Source: a virus
Direction: 5' to 3' (one strand)
DNA: 64,000 nucleotides
IMG/VR virus record: IMGVR_UViG_3300042924_005659
Shown piece by piece: positions 8,801 through 17,721 of this stretch; position 1 is the stretch's first letter; each line of letters starts with the position of its first letter. The notes under the pieces are model-generated. The model did no database searches. It had not been told where the DNA came from and saw nothing but the letters and a program-made list of their open reading frames with translations. The position numbers and the translations under genes are program-made.

Positions 8801-10807
8801 GAACATGTTGCTGTAGGCAGGCACCTCGTACTCGACCTCTGCAGGATCGACATAGGAAATGCGGCCACGCACCATGGCTCTTACAGGATCTCCGGTCTTT
8901 GCCGAGCGTGCGAGTTCTCCTGGAAATGCGACTATAGAGTCGGTCAGTGTACGGGCAGCCACAGGTTCCATGGCTCCTGTCTTGACCTTGCGCATCTTGG
9001 AGTAAATCTGACCATCAGCTCCCTTGTAGGAGCCTACGGTAAGTCTAAGGTCGATACCTACTTTATCGGATTCCGGAGTACGTACCGGATCCAGGAAGCC
9101 TAAGTGAGAGGGCTGCACCGAACGGCTATCTACTGGAATGCCGTGTGCAGCGGAGCCTATGCCGCCTTCTCCGGTGCGGATAACTCTCATGTTCTGGTCC
9201 AGGATCTCCATCGGATTGACTTCCTCGATGGGAGCTCCCAGTCCGGAACCAAGCAATACGCCATTCAGTACAGGAGTGAATACTCCGTTCTTGAAGGCAT
9301 TGAGATTACCCTTGTTGGTAGCCTTGAACATGGCGGTGCGTAGAGTTGCACCTGCGTCCTTTTCAATGCGCTCTGAGAAGAAGTCCTCTGCGCTCAGGAA
9401 CTTCTGATAGGCCAAGGAGTCACGGTCGTCCTGATCCTCAAAACCCTTTTGAGCATTTAGAATCTTCTGAGATGCCCGCAGCAGAGTATTGCCGGTAATA
9501 CGGCCGAAGTCCTCTTCATTCAGCTGAAGCTGTTCGTAATCTGCGGCATCAAAGCCGGCAGTTTGCGGTGCTGCCTGCTTTTCGGTTAATAGGTCATTGA
9601 TGTCAGAGGCGACCTTTACACCTACTGCCAACCGGAATCCACCGCGAGGCTTGGCCTCCAACAGGAGACTTCTGCGCAACTGCTCAAGTTCCGGGCACTC
9701 GATATCGATGCAGTACTCTCCGTTGCTTGGAGGCAGCACTCCACGGATCTGATAGGTGAATCTACGGCCGGAGCCACAGGTGGCCTCAAAGCTCTTCTTG
9801 AATACTTTCTTCAGCTGACGAATCTCGTCACTAGTGATTACTATCAGCCGGCCCTTGTCGTTGACTGGGGCAATTGCCGGAGATTTATCGGAATCTCGCA
9901 GGGCATAGAACACTCCGTCAACCAGACCGGCAGGTACGGTTATGTACCCGGTGTCTTCTATCTTGAGCGTTCCGCGAATAGGCACATCTGCCTTTTTGCG
10001 AAGGGCTCCGGCATAGCTCAGAGTGCGTCGGGTAACCTCAGGATCAAGCTCCGTGGAATTCAACGCATCTTTGATTCCCTGGTAGATAGTATTGTCATCT
10101 AGTCCCTTGGAGGGATTGTTAGTAAGACGCTCATATATACGTGCTGCGTCATAGCTGGAGCCGAGCTTATTGGATTCCAGCAATTCCTTGCCCCAGGTTC
10201 TCTCCAGCACCGAATCATCGACGCCTAAAGCCTTGAACATGGGATAAGCTGGAGCAACGGACTGGCCTATCTCAGCAACAAACTTTCCCGTATCAGGCAT
10301 GAATGCAACGCGAAAACCACGACCCTTGCCGGGCATGGTGTTGAAGTGCGCCTCAAACTCACCGGACTTTCTCTTGCGGACATATGGTCCTGCAAGAAGA
10401 CGAGACTGATTAGCAACAGTGTATTCGCTGCCAGCATTTATGAAAGTACCACGGTCCGTAAGATAGGGAACACGAGCCAAGGTTATGGATCTGTCCGTCT
10501 GGTCCATTACCTGACCAGTGGCATTGTCCTTCATTACAAGCCTGCCTCTAAGAGGAACAAAGAGGCTTTGATTTTGCATCAAGGCCTCTTGCTGTTCTTT
10601 TAGAGAATACGGCTCTTCTCTGCCGTAATGAAGATCCGCAGCCTCAATTGTGTAGCGGGCATTCTGAAGCGGGAACTTCTTCGCCACCGCATTACGCACT
10701 CCATCAAATATGTTTTTACGAGTAGTGCGATAATCGCTAAAACCCCTCAGCACCGGGGCAAGAGGGGTTACGAGTTGGTTTAAGTCGTCTGCGCCGGGCG
10801 TAGGCAT
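5885..10807 (-). CDS. rpoBC: Multisubunit-type RNA polymerase: beta fused to the N-terminal half of beta'
   Basis: beta motifs RTPESDKVG, RLLMGS, NFEDGVVMSE, GDKLVGRYGDKGV, YFMNLHH. beta' motifs GFFDEKIFG, PVLPPRFRP, RAPVLH and catalytic NADFDGD. Confidence 0.97.
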   Translation of the reverse strand: MPTPGADDLNQLVTPLAPVLRGFSDYRTTRKNIFDGVRNAVAKKFPLQNARYTIEAADLHYGREEPYSLKEQQEALMQNQSLFVPLRGRLVMKDNATGQVMDQTDRSITLARVPYLTDRGTFINAGSEYTVANQSRLLAGPYVRKRKSGEFEAHFNTMPGKGRGFRVAFMPDTGKFVAEIGQSVAPAYPMFKALGVDDSVLERTWGKELLESNKLGSSYDAARIYERLTNNPSKGLDDNTIYQGIKDALNSTELDPEVTRRTLSYAGALRKKADVPIRGTLKIEDTGYITVPAGLVDGVFYALRDSDKSPAIAPVNDKGRLIVITSDEIRQLKKVFKKSFEATCGSGRRFTYQIRGVLPPSNGEYCIDIECPELEQLRRSLLLEAKPRGGFRLAVGVKVASDINDLLTEKQAAPQTAGFDAADYEQLQLNEEDFGRITGNTLLRASQKILNAQKGFEDQDDRDSLAYQKFLSAEDFFSERIEKDAGATLRTAMFKATNKGNLNAFKNGVFTPVLNGVLLGSGLGAPIEEVNPMEILDQNMRVIRTGEGGIGSAAHGIPVDSRSVQPSHLGFLDPVRTPESDKVGIDLRLTVGSYKGADGQIYSKMRKVKTGAMEPVAARTLTDSIVAFPGELARSAKTGDPVRAMVRGRISYVDPAEVEYEVPAYSNMFNVNSNLVPGISGIKGGRLLMGSKYFTQALPVQEAEAPLVQGLDPNDPEGKSFEEQLVPHLGAVQSEPEFGNGLVTAVTPDYVEVKHGKEKRRYELYNNFPFNRKTYIHNTPMVKIGDQIKPGQLLAKSNYSDDQGRMAMGRNLKVAYTVWGDPELGGSNFEDGVVMSESAAKKMSSEHMYTVGYDGKDDYEANFSKFVSLFPGQYNKDQLKNLDSATGVVKPGTVLNPGDPIILGVGERKSDTFGLMKKARPSYTNRAQTWDHSQPGVVTNVTKTRSGYQVAVKSYKPMSVGDKLVGRYGDKGVISTIIPDADMPKDKDGNSYEVIYNPLALVTRVNPVQAVEAAMGKIAAKNGQPVKLPAFMDESFIDFAQRELKKAGMADTETIYDPRLNRNVDNVFTGTRYFMNLHHQAEKKLSARDTGGYSTEEAPVKGGEEGAKRISISDMNAILAHGAIEVLKDARLIRGQKNDEYWRAIKTGTPVPSVNVPFVWDKFVAQLKGSGVNVERQGGAVNIYGMSGSDVKKMSGGEVKDFRDIDFKTGKAYDGGFFDEKIFGVNQSSFGHFPLAAKMVNPVMEDVVRSLTGLTKKDFESVVSGETVKGIKGMQGLEAKLATLDIPNEIDQTRREITASKGQKRSNAISKLSYLEGMQKRKLKPSDFLWEDMPVLPPRFRPITDTGNMQMVSDMNYLYKELFSMNGNLKELQSELGQEATGKERLALYKMLKATVGLADPASAKLKQKNVNGLIRHILGSNPKFSMFQRKVLSSTVEGVGNAVITPDPSLDMDHVGVPEDMAFSVFRPYVVRALVASGANPLEAMKQVESRTPTARRALLSEMERRPVMITRAPVLHKYNFMAARPKLTTGSTLRLSPSVVVGFNADFDGDQMRLHVPSSEKAVAEAYERMLPSRNLMSAATFQAQPFIKNEFLYGLYLASKKAPDKDNVKVFQTKDDVIKAFNRGELSPTDTVKILGK

Positions 10808-10824
10808 AGAACTTGTACTCTAGC

Positions 10825-11832
10825 TTAAAGCTTGAACTTTGGCTTACCTTCTTCAGACTCTTCGAGATCAATGCCAGAAGACAAAGCACCAGAGGCAATG
10901 TCTCGCTTTAGCATGCTTTGCAACGTCTTCAGTTTTGCCTTCTCAGGATCGTCCTTCATCTTGTTGTTCATCATCCACCAACCAAGCAATGCCCCGACAC
11001 CAGGAGCAAGACCCAAGGCATAAGCAGCACCTGGAATGCTGAAACCTGGACCGTGAGGATCCTTCTCTGTAACTATTCTATCGGGAGAAATTGGATCGAA
11101 TGCAACCTTGGTAAGTGCGTCGATCTGGGCTTGAAGATCAGAAGACTGCTTTGAAAGAACCTTTTCAAATTCTTTTTTAGCCTTATCAATCTTCTTATCC
11201 ATCTTAGCTTTGCGCTGCTGATCCACTAAACGAGTACCCAGCATAAAAGTAAGAATACCTGGAGCCAGCACGGCTGCAGGAGTAGCCATACCATACAGCA
11301 TAGGTTCCGTAAGATACTCTCCGAGAGTTGTAGCTGACTTGTCGGCAGAGGATTTCGGAGACTCCATGTCTTCAATCACATCGGCAGAAAGATCTGAGGT
11401 TAGCTCATCTGCCTTTTCCGGAAGCATGTCTGCTGGATTGGAGGCCTGCTGTTCAGAAAGCAGATCTTCCAACTTATGGCTCTTTGGAATAGCTATACGC
11501 TTTTCCATGCGCTTGGCTCTGCCCTCTTGGCCAGGCAAACCAAACATGGATTCGTCGTGGAGGTATTTTGAAAGACCGTAAAGACCTGCGCCGCCTAATC
11601 CAATACCTGCGCTAATTGCAGCATAGTTAAGAAGTTGTCTTACGTTGGGATCCATAGATTCCTTCTTGCTTTCAGGCAGGTCTTCATGCTTGGTTCCGGC
11701 AAAATCTCGTACGTCCTGTTCAGACATACTAGCAGCAGCCTCTTCAGCCTTTCCAGAGCCGATAGCTTTGCCTTCTTGAATGGCTTTAACCAAGCCAAAA
11801 AAGCGTTGTTGCTTTTTGCTTTGAGCAGGCAT
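10825..11832 (-). CDS. Membrane-like protein with an N-terminal MPAQSKKQQRFFG module
   Basis: 335 aa. Three hydrophobic helices; KES, KSA, KQS and KVA motifs between modules. Confidence 0.75.
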   Translation of the reverse strand: MPAQSKKQQRFFGLVKAIQEGKAIGSGKAEEAAASMSEQDVRDFAGTKHEDLPESKKESMDPNVRQLLNYAAISAGIGLGGAGLYGLSKYLHDESMFGLPGQEGRAKRMEKRIAIPKSHKLEDLLSEQQASNPADMLPEKADELTSDLSADVIEDMESPKSSADKSATTLGEYLTEPMLYGMATPAAVLAPGILTFMLGTRLVDQQRKAKMDKKIDKAKKEFEKVLSKQSSDLQAQIDALTKVAFDPISPDRIVTEKDPHGPGFSIPGAAYALGLAPGVGALLGWWMMNNKMKDDPEKAKLKTLQSMLKRDIASGALSSGIDLEESEEGKPKFKL

Positions 11833-11835
11833 TAA

Positions 11836-12366
11836 TTAAATTCCTAGTTTGCTTGAAAGCGAGTCTCTTAGTGCAGCTAGAAGATCTTGCTGCTCAGCCT
11901 TATTTAGCCGGCTTTCGTATCTACGCTCAAAAGCCATTGGAGTGTTGCTTGTGTTCAAGGCCGATAGAGCATCTGCAGCATCTACAAACTGAGAGAGGTA
12001 AGGACTACGCGCAGGAGAAAGATATCCTTCTCCGGTTCGCATGGGGAAATCTGCTCTTAGTTTTGCTAAGTCAGCCTTAGTACCCTCGATATTAGCCTTC
12101 TGATCGGCTAGAGAATAATCTCCCAGGGCCTTGGCTCCAGCGCCCAATCCAGCACCTACTCCTCCGCCGATAAGAGCACCCTTAAGCTTAGATTCTCCGC
12201 GCAATGCGTTAATCAAAGCACCAACGCCAGCACCGGCAAGACCTCCGCCACCTGCATAGATTGCGTAGTCCTTAAGCAAGCTGTCTGTTGGGTTAAGTGC
12301 AGCAAGAGCATCCTGCACAGTAATGTTGGATTGCTTGAGAGTCGGCAGATAATGGGAGTAGGTCAT
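11836..12366 (-). CDS. Glycine-zipper protein with MTYSHY...KQS leader
   Basis: 176 aa. AGGGGLAGAGVG and GGGVGAGLG helices. Confidence 0.8.
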   Translation of the reverse strand: MTYSHYLPTLKQSNITVQDALAALNPTDSLLKDYAIYAGGGGLAGAGVGALINALRGESKLKGALIGGGVGAGLGAGAKALGDYSLADQKANIEGTKADLAKLRADFPMRTGEGYLSPARSPYLSQFVDAADALSALNTSNTPMAFERRYESRLNKAEQQDLLAALRDSLSSKLGI

Positions 12367-12773
12367 TAGGTAGATTCCTTTACATTGTTCGCATTTGTGT
12401 TAATGCGCATTATATCCATTTCATACAGATAGAGGTGCATTTCTTCAGCCGGAATTTGCAATAGAGCGTAGTACTTTATCCACGAAGTCCAGTTTTCTTT
12501 GGACTCAACCCACTCTGCAACCTCCGTAAAATCACACCATCCTCTGTCTTTCCATTTTACCAAAACATCCACTAATTGGTTGTACTGAGCCAGCTCCCCA
12601 TCTTTCCAGAGGCAGAACTGTCTAGAATTAAAAAATGGAGTTTCTTGTGGTCGTTTGTCTTGGCTGTCGTTTTCTTTAACTATTGGCGACACCGAGCCAA
12701 AGAATGGCGGGTCACTCAAGTTCTGGTGCTTAAAGTTAAATAACGGTACGTCAGCAGGGGATCCAATAGTCAT
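12366..12773 (-). CDS. Hypothetical Trp-rich soluble protein
   Basis: 135-aa ORF abutting both neighbours. Confidence 0.7.
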   Translation of the reverse strand: MTIGSPADVPLFNFKHQNLSDPPFFGSVSPIVKENDSQDKRPQETPFFNSRQFCLWKDGELAQYNQLVDVLVKWKDRGWCDFTEVAEWVESKENWTSWIKYYALLQIPAEEMHLYLYEMDIMRINTNANNVKEST

Positions 12774-13069
12774 GGAGGAGACTGTACCTTATCAATCTCT
12801 TCTTGTACCTTTTTACCTATTTCTTTTGCTTTAGCGGCTGCTGCTTCGCTCATGGCGGCTCTAGTAGCCCGGTATTCGTTGGAGCCGAGGTATCCCAGAC
12901 TTCCTCCGGCCAATGCACCTAGAGCTCCAGAGCCTAGACCTAAGCCTAAAGTTTGTTTAGTTTTGGGGGTTAAAAGTTTGTATAAACCATAACCGCCAGC
13001 GCCACCAATGCCGGCACCTAATAAAGCATACAATAGATCGTTAGAGTCCAAGGCAGACAGCTTTTGCAT
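12770..13069 (-). CDS. Small glycine-zipper protein
   Basis: 99 aa. Two GxxxG helices; MQKLSA start. Confidence 0.75.
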   Translation of the reverse strand: MQKLSALDSNDLLYALLGAGIGGAGGYGLYKLLTPKTKQTLGLGLGSGALGALAGGSLGYLGSNEYRATRAAMSEAAAAKAKEIGKKVQEEIDKVQSPP

Positions 13070-13416
13070 TACGCTAGTCCAGACTGTACCAATTTCTTGG
13101 CATTGCGATATTTGGCCAATAGGTGCAACTTCTTGGCTTCTTCTACGGCGCTATAGTTAGGAAGAATAGAGTCGTCGGGATCCAACTCAAACTTAGCCTT
13201 ATTGTAAAGGTAGTTGCTAAGAGCTCCCGCTGCAGTACCTCCAAGCAGACCCAAAGAGCCAAGGAGTAGCCCAGTATGCAGGGTATTCTTAGCTACATCG
13301 TCTACTCCGGATTGCTTATAGCCAGAAAAAGACATTAGTTCCGAAGGGAGGATTCCTAGTTCGGCAGCCTTTTCGCAAAAGCCTTGTCTAAATTCTTGTA
13401 GTTCTTCGTTGGTCAT
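13069..13416 (-). CDS. Small membrane protein (GFCEKAAE...KQSG)
   Basis: 115 aa. One Gly-rich helix; KAA and KQS motifs. Confidence 0.75.
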   Translation of the reverse strand: MTNEELQEFRQGFCEKAAELGILPSELMSFSGYKQSGVDDVAKNTLHTGLLLGSLGLLGGTAAGALSNYLYNKAKFELDPDDSILPNYSAVEEAKKLHLLAKYRNAKKLVQSGLA

Positions 13417-13447
13417 AGTGTAATTCTACCTTAGTTAATAAAATTGC

Positions 13448-14668
13448 TCAAAAGGACAGCTTGCCTAGATTGATCAATGTACCTAGGGCTGCTCCTGTGC
13501 CTTGCATTAGTTTCTGCTCATTTGGCTTAAGATTAACAAACATACCTATGCCTTTGGCTGCGGCGGTTCCAGCAACAGCGCCTGCACCAGCTCCAATAGC
13601 AGCATGAGCGATATCCCTCACCGTAAACCAGGGCTTGTTGGATTCCCGGCTTGCACGAAGCATAAGTCCAGCAGCCTGGCCGTAGTCGACATACCCTGAG
13701 CGCATCTGTTCGCTGACCACGTCGGCTAAGTGAGTCCTAGCTATCTGCATGTCCATAGGTATATAGGAACCATTCTTAGTGGAACCCTTACCTTCAGCAA
13801 CAAGAGCATTAGACCCGGTCGGAATTATACCTGAGCGCCTGCGAGAATCTTGCTGCATATTTTGCTTGTCTGCTTCGGTATAGTTTTCGTTCTTCGGCAA
13901 AGACATTCTGGAGATGTCTGCCATGGTAGAAGGAGCGTTAACAAGCCACGGTGCACTCATACCGCCCAAAGCAGCCAAAGCCATCATGGCCTTTTCCTTG
14001 CCTCTAAAACGCTCCGGGAACATGTACTTAAGTACAGGAATTGCAGCTAAACCTAAACCTGTAAGCCCTACACCTGAAACAAGGTTTCCAAATCGAGTCT
14101 GTGCAGCAGGAGTAAAGCTGCCCTCGTTGTACCAAAGCCCTGGGCTATAACCCAATGCCCGTGATAGATCCGATGTCAGTGCGGCATTCTTATATGCAAA
14201 TGGAGTTGGGCTCATCTTTTTACGCATATAGTCTGCCGTGGCGGGATACAGCTTTTCAGCAGCAGTGCCGCCGACAGGCGTTTGTTGTTTGCTCTTTTCT
14301 CCCACCTGTTTTGTTGCTTTGGTAAGGTCTGCCTTCATGCTGCCAAACAAAGAGGGAAGTTTGACATAGCTGCCATCGCCACCTCCAGAAATGTTAGGCA
14401 TTCCAAATCCAGCGCCAATGCTAGTCGCAGCAGCAGACTCTTTGCTAGGAGCCTGACCTAGCTCTAAGTTGCCTATTACGTTCTTAGGAACGTGAATCTT
14501 GAAGTTGGTGGCGCTATGCGTCAAACCTACAATTCCATCCTTCTCAGAGTCTACGTAGAACTCTTTTGGAGCCTTGAGCACCAAATCGTGAATCAAGTCA
14601 TGCTTCTGAGAGTACTGTTTGGCATCAGAAAACTGCTTTGCTCTTTTAAGGTCTTTAAGTACGCTCAT
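13448..14668 (-). CDS. Modular membrane-like protein
   Basis: 406 aa. Soluble N-terminal domain, then KESA, KNAA and hydrophobic hairpins. Confidence 0.75.
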   Translation of the reverse strand: MSVLKDLKRAKQFSDAKQYSQKHDLIHDLVLKAPKEFYVDSEKDGIVGLTHSATNFKIHVPKNVIGNLELGQAPSKESAAATSIGAGFGMPNISGGGDGSYVKLPSLFGSMKADLTKATKQVGEKSKQQTPVGGTAAEKLYPATADYMRKKMSPTPFAYKNAALTSDLSRALGYSPGLWYNEGSFTPAAQTRFGNLVSGVGLTGLGLAAIPVLKYMFPERFRGKEKAMMALAALGGMSAPWLVNAPSTMADISRMSLPKNENYTEADKQNMQQDSRRRSGIIPTGSNALVAEGKGSTKNGSYIPMDMQIARTHLADVVSEQMRSGYVDYGQAAGLMLRASRESNKPWFTVRDIAHAAIGAGAGAVAGTAAAKGIGMFVNLKPNEQKLMQGTGAALGTLINLGKLSF

Positions 14669-16635
14669 GGAGAGGTCTCCTCGGCAGGCTGCATGTTTTT
14701 GTACACTTCGCTCATTATTGGTTGTAGCTCAGCTAGCGTCTCCGTAAACGGAACCTGCCCAGAAGACGGATTTTGCTGAGCGGCGCTCAAGCGACGAGCC
14801 CCTTCGAGCAACTCCTGATATCCGCTAGGAGCTTGACCTGTTTGCCGGTAGCTGTCATGCATCGCAGACAACATCACGTTAAGGTTGGCCAGCTGAGCAG
14901 TAGCTCCAACTACCGCTTCCGGATTACCTCCGACCAAGCTTGCGACTGGAGACTGCATAAGGTGACGGCCTAGTGGAGAGGACTCTACTTGTGAAGGATC
15001 TTGCTGCAGAGCACTCAAAGCATCGTACAGCCTAGGATCCTGCATAGCTGCCCCAGGAAGGTTCAACATTCCGCCAGTCAGTTCGGGGGCCAGGCTGCCC
15101 ATTCGGAACGTAAGGCTCTGCTGCATTTTCTGTCTAGCCTCAGGAGAAGCTTTTGCTAAAGCCTCTTGAACGTTTGGATCCTGCATCGGGTCCTTGCCTG
15201 TCGCAAACGCCTCTGCAAATGGAGCCCAGGCAGTTCCTGCCGCTATTTCGTCCTGGTTTAAGTCCTCTGAGTAACTGCGAGCACCTAAAGCTCGGAAGGG
15301 ATTAAATGAAGTGCCTTCCGCAAGTCCAGACACGTAAGAGTATGAAGGATTGGCGGAGTTAAACGCATCTGTAACTTCAGTTCTTATTTGATTCAAAGCC
15401 GCGGGATTCTCTTGCACTAAAGCTTGATCCTCAGGAGACAAAGAAGCTACCCGATTAGCTACAGCCTGATCTATAGCTGCAGAACCTTGCTGAGCCAATC
15501 CGGGCATAAAGGCACTCGCCCCTATTCCGTATGGGTTTAGCGAAGTAGGATCAAATGAAAAGCCTCCTGCAGCAAGGGACTCGGCAAAACGTCTAGCAGA
15601 GGCAGGAGTGCCCGCTAGCTCTGGATTAACTTGATTGAAAGACTGCACATCTCTTATAGCATTGGCGTAGTTTCTTGCTGCTCCTTGAGTAGCCAGGTGT
15701 GCTCCTAATTGACTAAACGGCAACGCCCAACTAGATCCAGCAGTAGCGGCGCCAGTTAGCAAGGGAACCGGATTTATTCCAGATACGGCATAATTTAAAC
15801 TTGATGGAACCGACCTACCTGCAAATCTAACAACAGGACTTGCAGCAGTCTGCATTACCGGCTGAAATCCTTGACTCAAAGCTTGGCCGGTTGCTCTAAG
15901 AGCACTGGGCGCTACGCTCTTAGCGCCTTGTACTCCAGCCTGGCCAGTTGCTCTAAGAGCACTGGGCGCTACGCTCTTAGCGCCTTGTACTCCAGCCTGA
16001 GCAGCAGCGCTTCCTCCTGCCGTTCCAGCCATCATCAAAAAACTTGGAGCAGCCTCAAGCGCGTAGCTGGAATAATCCAAAAGAGGATCGTTGTACTGCA
16101 GCTCAAAATTTCCACCCCAACGATTTGCAACTCGCTTTCCAGCATCTGCAAGCATGCTGCCATACACGGCATCAGACTTAGCCTTATCGGCAGATGCCTG
16201 GTTGAATCCCTTCGTAGCGACGTCGTAGCCATACATAAACGGAGCTGTAGGCATGACAGGAGATCTAGCCAGGTCTCCAATAAAGGCTCCTGTTGCACTA
16301 GGACTTGGAGCAACAGCGTTAGGGTTTACTGGAGCAGCACCTCTAGCTTGTGCCTCGTAAAGTCTAAATCGATTTCTTAAATCAATCTGCTCCTGAGACA
16401 TCCCTGTTCGTTCAGAGCCTTTATAACCCCAACCTTTAGTGCTGTAAGTGTAATCCCCGTAAGGAAAAGCACGAGCATACTCAGACTCCAAAGCCTTACC
16501 TTGAGCGGCAAGCTGAGGATCTATATTAGGCCGGTTGTAATAACCAGGCGGCTGAAACGCCTTGCCTGCGGTCTCCGTAGCGGAGGTGTACCCAGGAGCC
16601 TGAGCTTTCTTTATGTAGGAACTGTACGGAGTCAT
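14665..16635 (-). CDS. Large Ala/Gln-rich protein with MTPYSSYIKKA leader (putative virion internal/ejection protein)
   Basis: 656 aa. Shared leader; internal 19-aa duplication. Confidence 0.75.
   Translation of the reverse strand: MTPYSSYIKKAQAPGYTSATETAGKAFQPPGYYNRPNIDPQLAAQGKALESEYARAFPYGDYTYSTKGWGYKGSERTGMSQEQIDLRNRFRLYEAQARGAAPVNPNAVAPSPSATGAFIGDLARSPVMPTAPFMYGYDVATKGFNQASADKAKSDAVYGSMLADAGKRVANRWGGNFELQYNDPLLDYSSYALEAAPSFLMMAGTAGGSAAAQAGVQGAKSVAPSALRATGQAGVQGAKSVAPSALRATGQALSQGFQPVMQTAASPVVRFAGRSVPSSLNYAVSGINPVPLLTGAATAGSSWALPFSQLGAHLATQGAARNYANAIRDVQSFNQVNPELAGTPASARRFAESLAAGGFSFDPTSLNPYGIGASAFMPGLAQQGSAAIDQAVANRVASLSPEDQALVQENPAALNQIRTEVTDAFNSANPSYSYVSGLAEGTSFNPFRALGARSYSEDLNQDEIAAGTAWAPFAEAFATGKDPMQDPNVQEALAKASPEARQKMQQSLTFRMGSLAPELTGGMLNLPGAAMQDPRLYDALSALQQDPSQVESSPLGRHLMQSPVASLVGGNPEAVVGATAQLANLNVMLSAMHDSYRQTGQAPSGYQELLEGARRLSAAQQNPSSGQVPFTETLAELQPIMSEVYKNMQPAEETSP
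15884..15999. repeat. 57-bp in-frame tandem duplication (2 copies, 1 mismatch)
   Basis: The unit starting at 15884 recurs at 15941 and encodes AGVQGAKSVAPSALRATGQ. Confidence 0.95.
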
Positions 16636-17060
16636 GCTAATGCAGTGCTTCCAGGTACTTTAGGTTCTATTTGCGAAGAGCTATGGAATACTTCAGAGTC
16701 AGGCAAAAGAGACTTGTAGTCCTGCGTGGACTTGTTTATATCTGGAACATATTTATCAACAAGCGATTTAGACTCCGATTCAGGCACCACAGGCTGCTCA
16801 TATACAGTTACTAAGTTTGGAGCTACTTTTAGACCGTAGGAAACCAATCTTCTAATCAGGTCCGAGTTTGCGCTTTCCTTAACTACCGTAATCTCGACAA
16901 CTTTGTCTGCAACAGGAGCGCTGTGCTCCAGCTCTGGCTTATTCATTGATGCCAGCATGGACTCCAACTTATCTATTAACATACTTTCTGTGTCGGTAGC
17001 CGACATAGACTCACAGGCACAACAGGCGTATTTGACCAAGTAAGCTTTAAATAAGTTCAC
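16632..17060 (-). CDS. Hypothetical protein (KYA and KESA motifs)
   Basis: 142 aa. First gene of the leftward operon. Confidence 0.65.
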   Translation of the reverse strand: MNLFKAYLVKYACCACESMSATDTESMLIDKLESMLASMNKPELEHSAPVADKVVEITVVKESANSDLIRRLVSYGLKVAPNLVTVYEQPVVPESESKSLVDKYVPDINKSTQDYKSLLPDSEVFHSSSQIEPKVPGSTALA

Positions 17061-17295
17061 AGATTGCTCCTGAGATCACTGCAAATTATAGCTAAAAAGA
17101 AAGTAGGATTCCAACAGTAAATGCCGTTTAAAAAAGTGTATCCACGTTGCGTATGTTTCTTGTTGCTGTATTCTAATTCTATATACAAGGAAATACTTAT
17201 TAGTGAAGAGGTTAGTAACTTTCGCAACGTGGAGGCACTTTTTTTGAAGGTTCTATGTCGACATTTGAAACAAGGTTTTGCTAAAATGCAGTTCC

Positions 17296-17721
17296 ATGAT
17301 TCCATACGCTCATTGTAAACAGGCGGCTCTATTTGAGGGAGCCAACTCCGACGGACTGCAAGGTCTTAGGGCATTAATTGGAGCTGGACTTGGCGGAGTA
17401 CTAGGAGCAGGTTTAGGTGCAGGTGGAGGGTTACTTAAAGAAACTTTCTTTACTCCTGCAGATCAAGCTCAGTATCTTCGCAGAGCTTTACAAGGTATGA
17501 GCCTTGGAGGTTTGGCAGGTGCGGGTATTGGAGCAGGAGTGGGTGCAAGCAATATAGGTAAGGGTGTACAAAATGCTTTAGAGGATTCTGCGGCTAGAGC
17601 CAACACTAAAATGTTGCAATATGTTGTTGACGCTCTTAATGCCGTTGAAGTAAAAGGCCTAAGTCCACTTGTAGGTACCCCTACGTTTGGGATTAAAGAA
17701 AAGGAAACGACTAATGAATAA
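17296..17721 (+). CDS. Glycine-zipper protein with MIPYAHCKQAA leader
   Basis: ATG 17296 gives a leader matching the MTPYSHY family. Two Gly-rich helices. Confidence 0.75.
   Translation: MIPYAHCKQAALFEGANSDGLQGLRALIGAGLGGVLGAGLGAGGGLLKETFFTPADQAQYLRRALQGMSLGGLAGAGIGAGVGASNIGKGVQNALEDSAARANTKMLQYVVDALNAVEVKGLSPLVGTPTFGIKEKETTNE

Noticed and set aside
6216-9407. Numerous + strand ORFs antisense to the RNAP (and likewise to RNR, PolA, MoxR and portal)
   Set aside because: Shadow ORFs arising from codon bias of the real genes; no motifs or SD.
9572-9997. Intein in the RNAP
   Set aside because: No Cys/Ser start, no terminal His-Asn and no LAGLIDADG motif.
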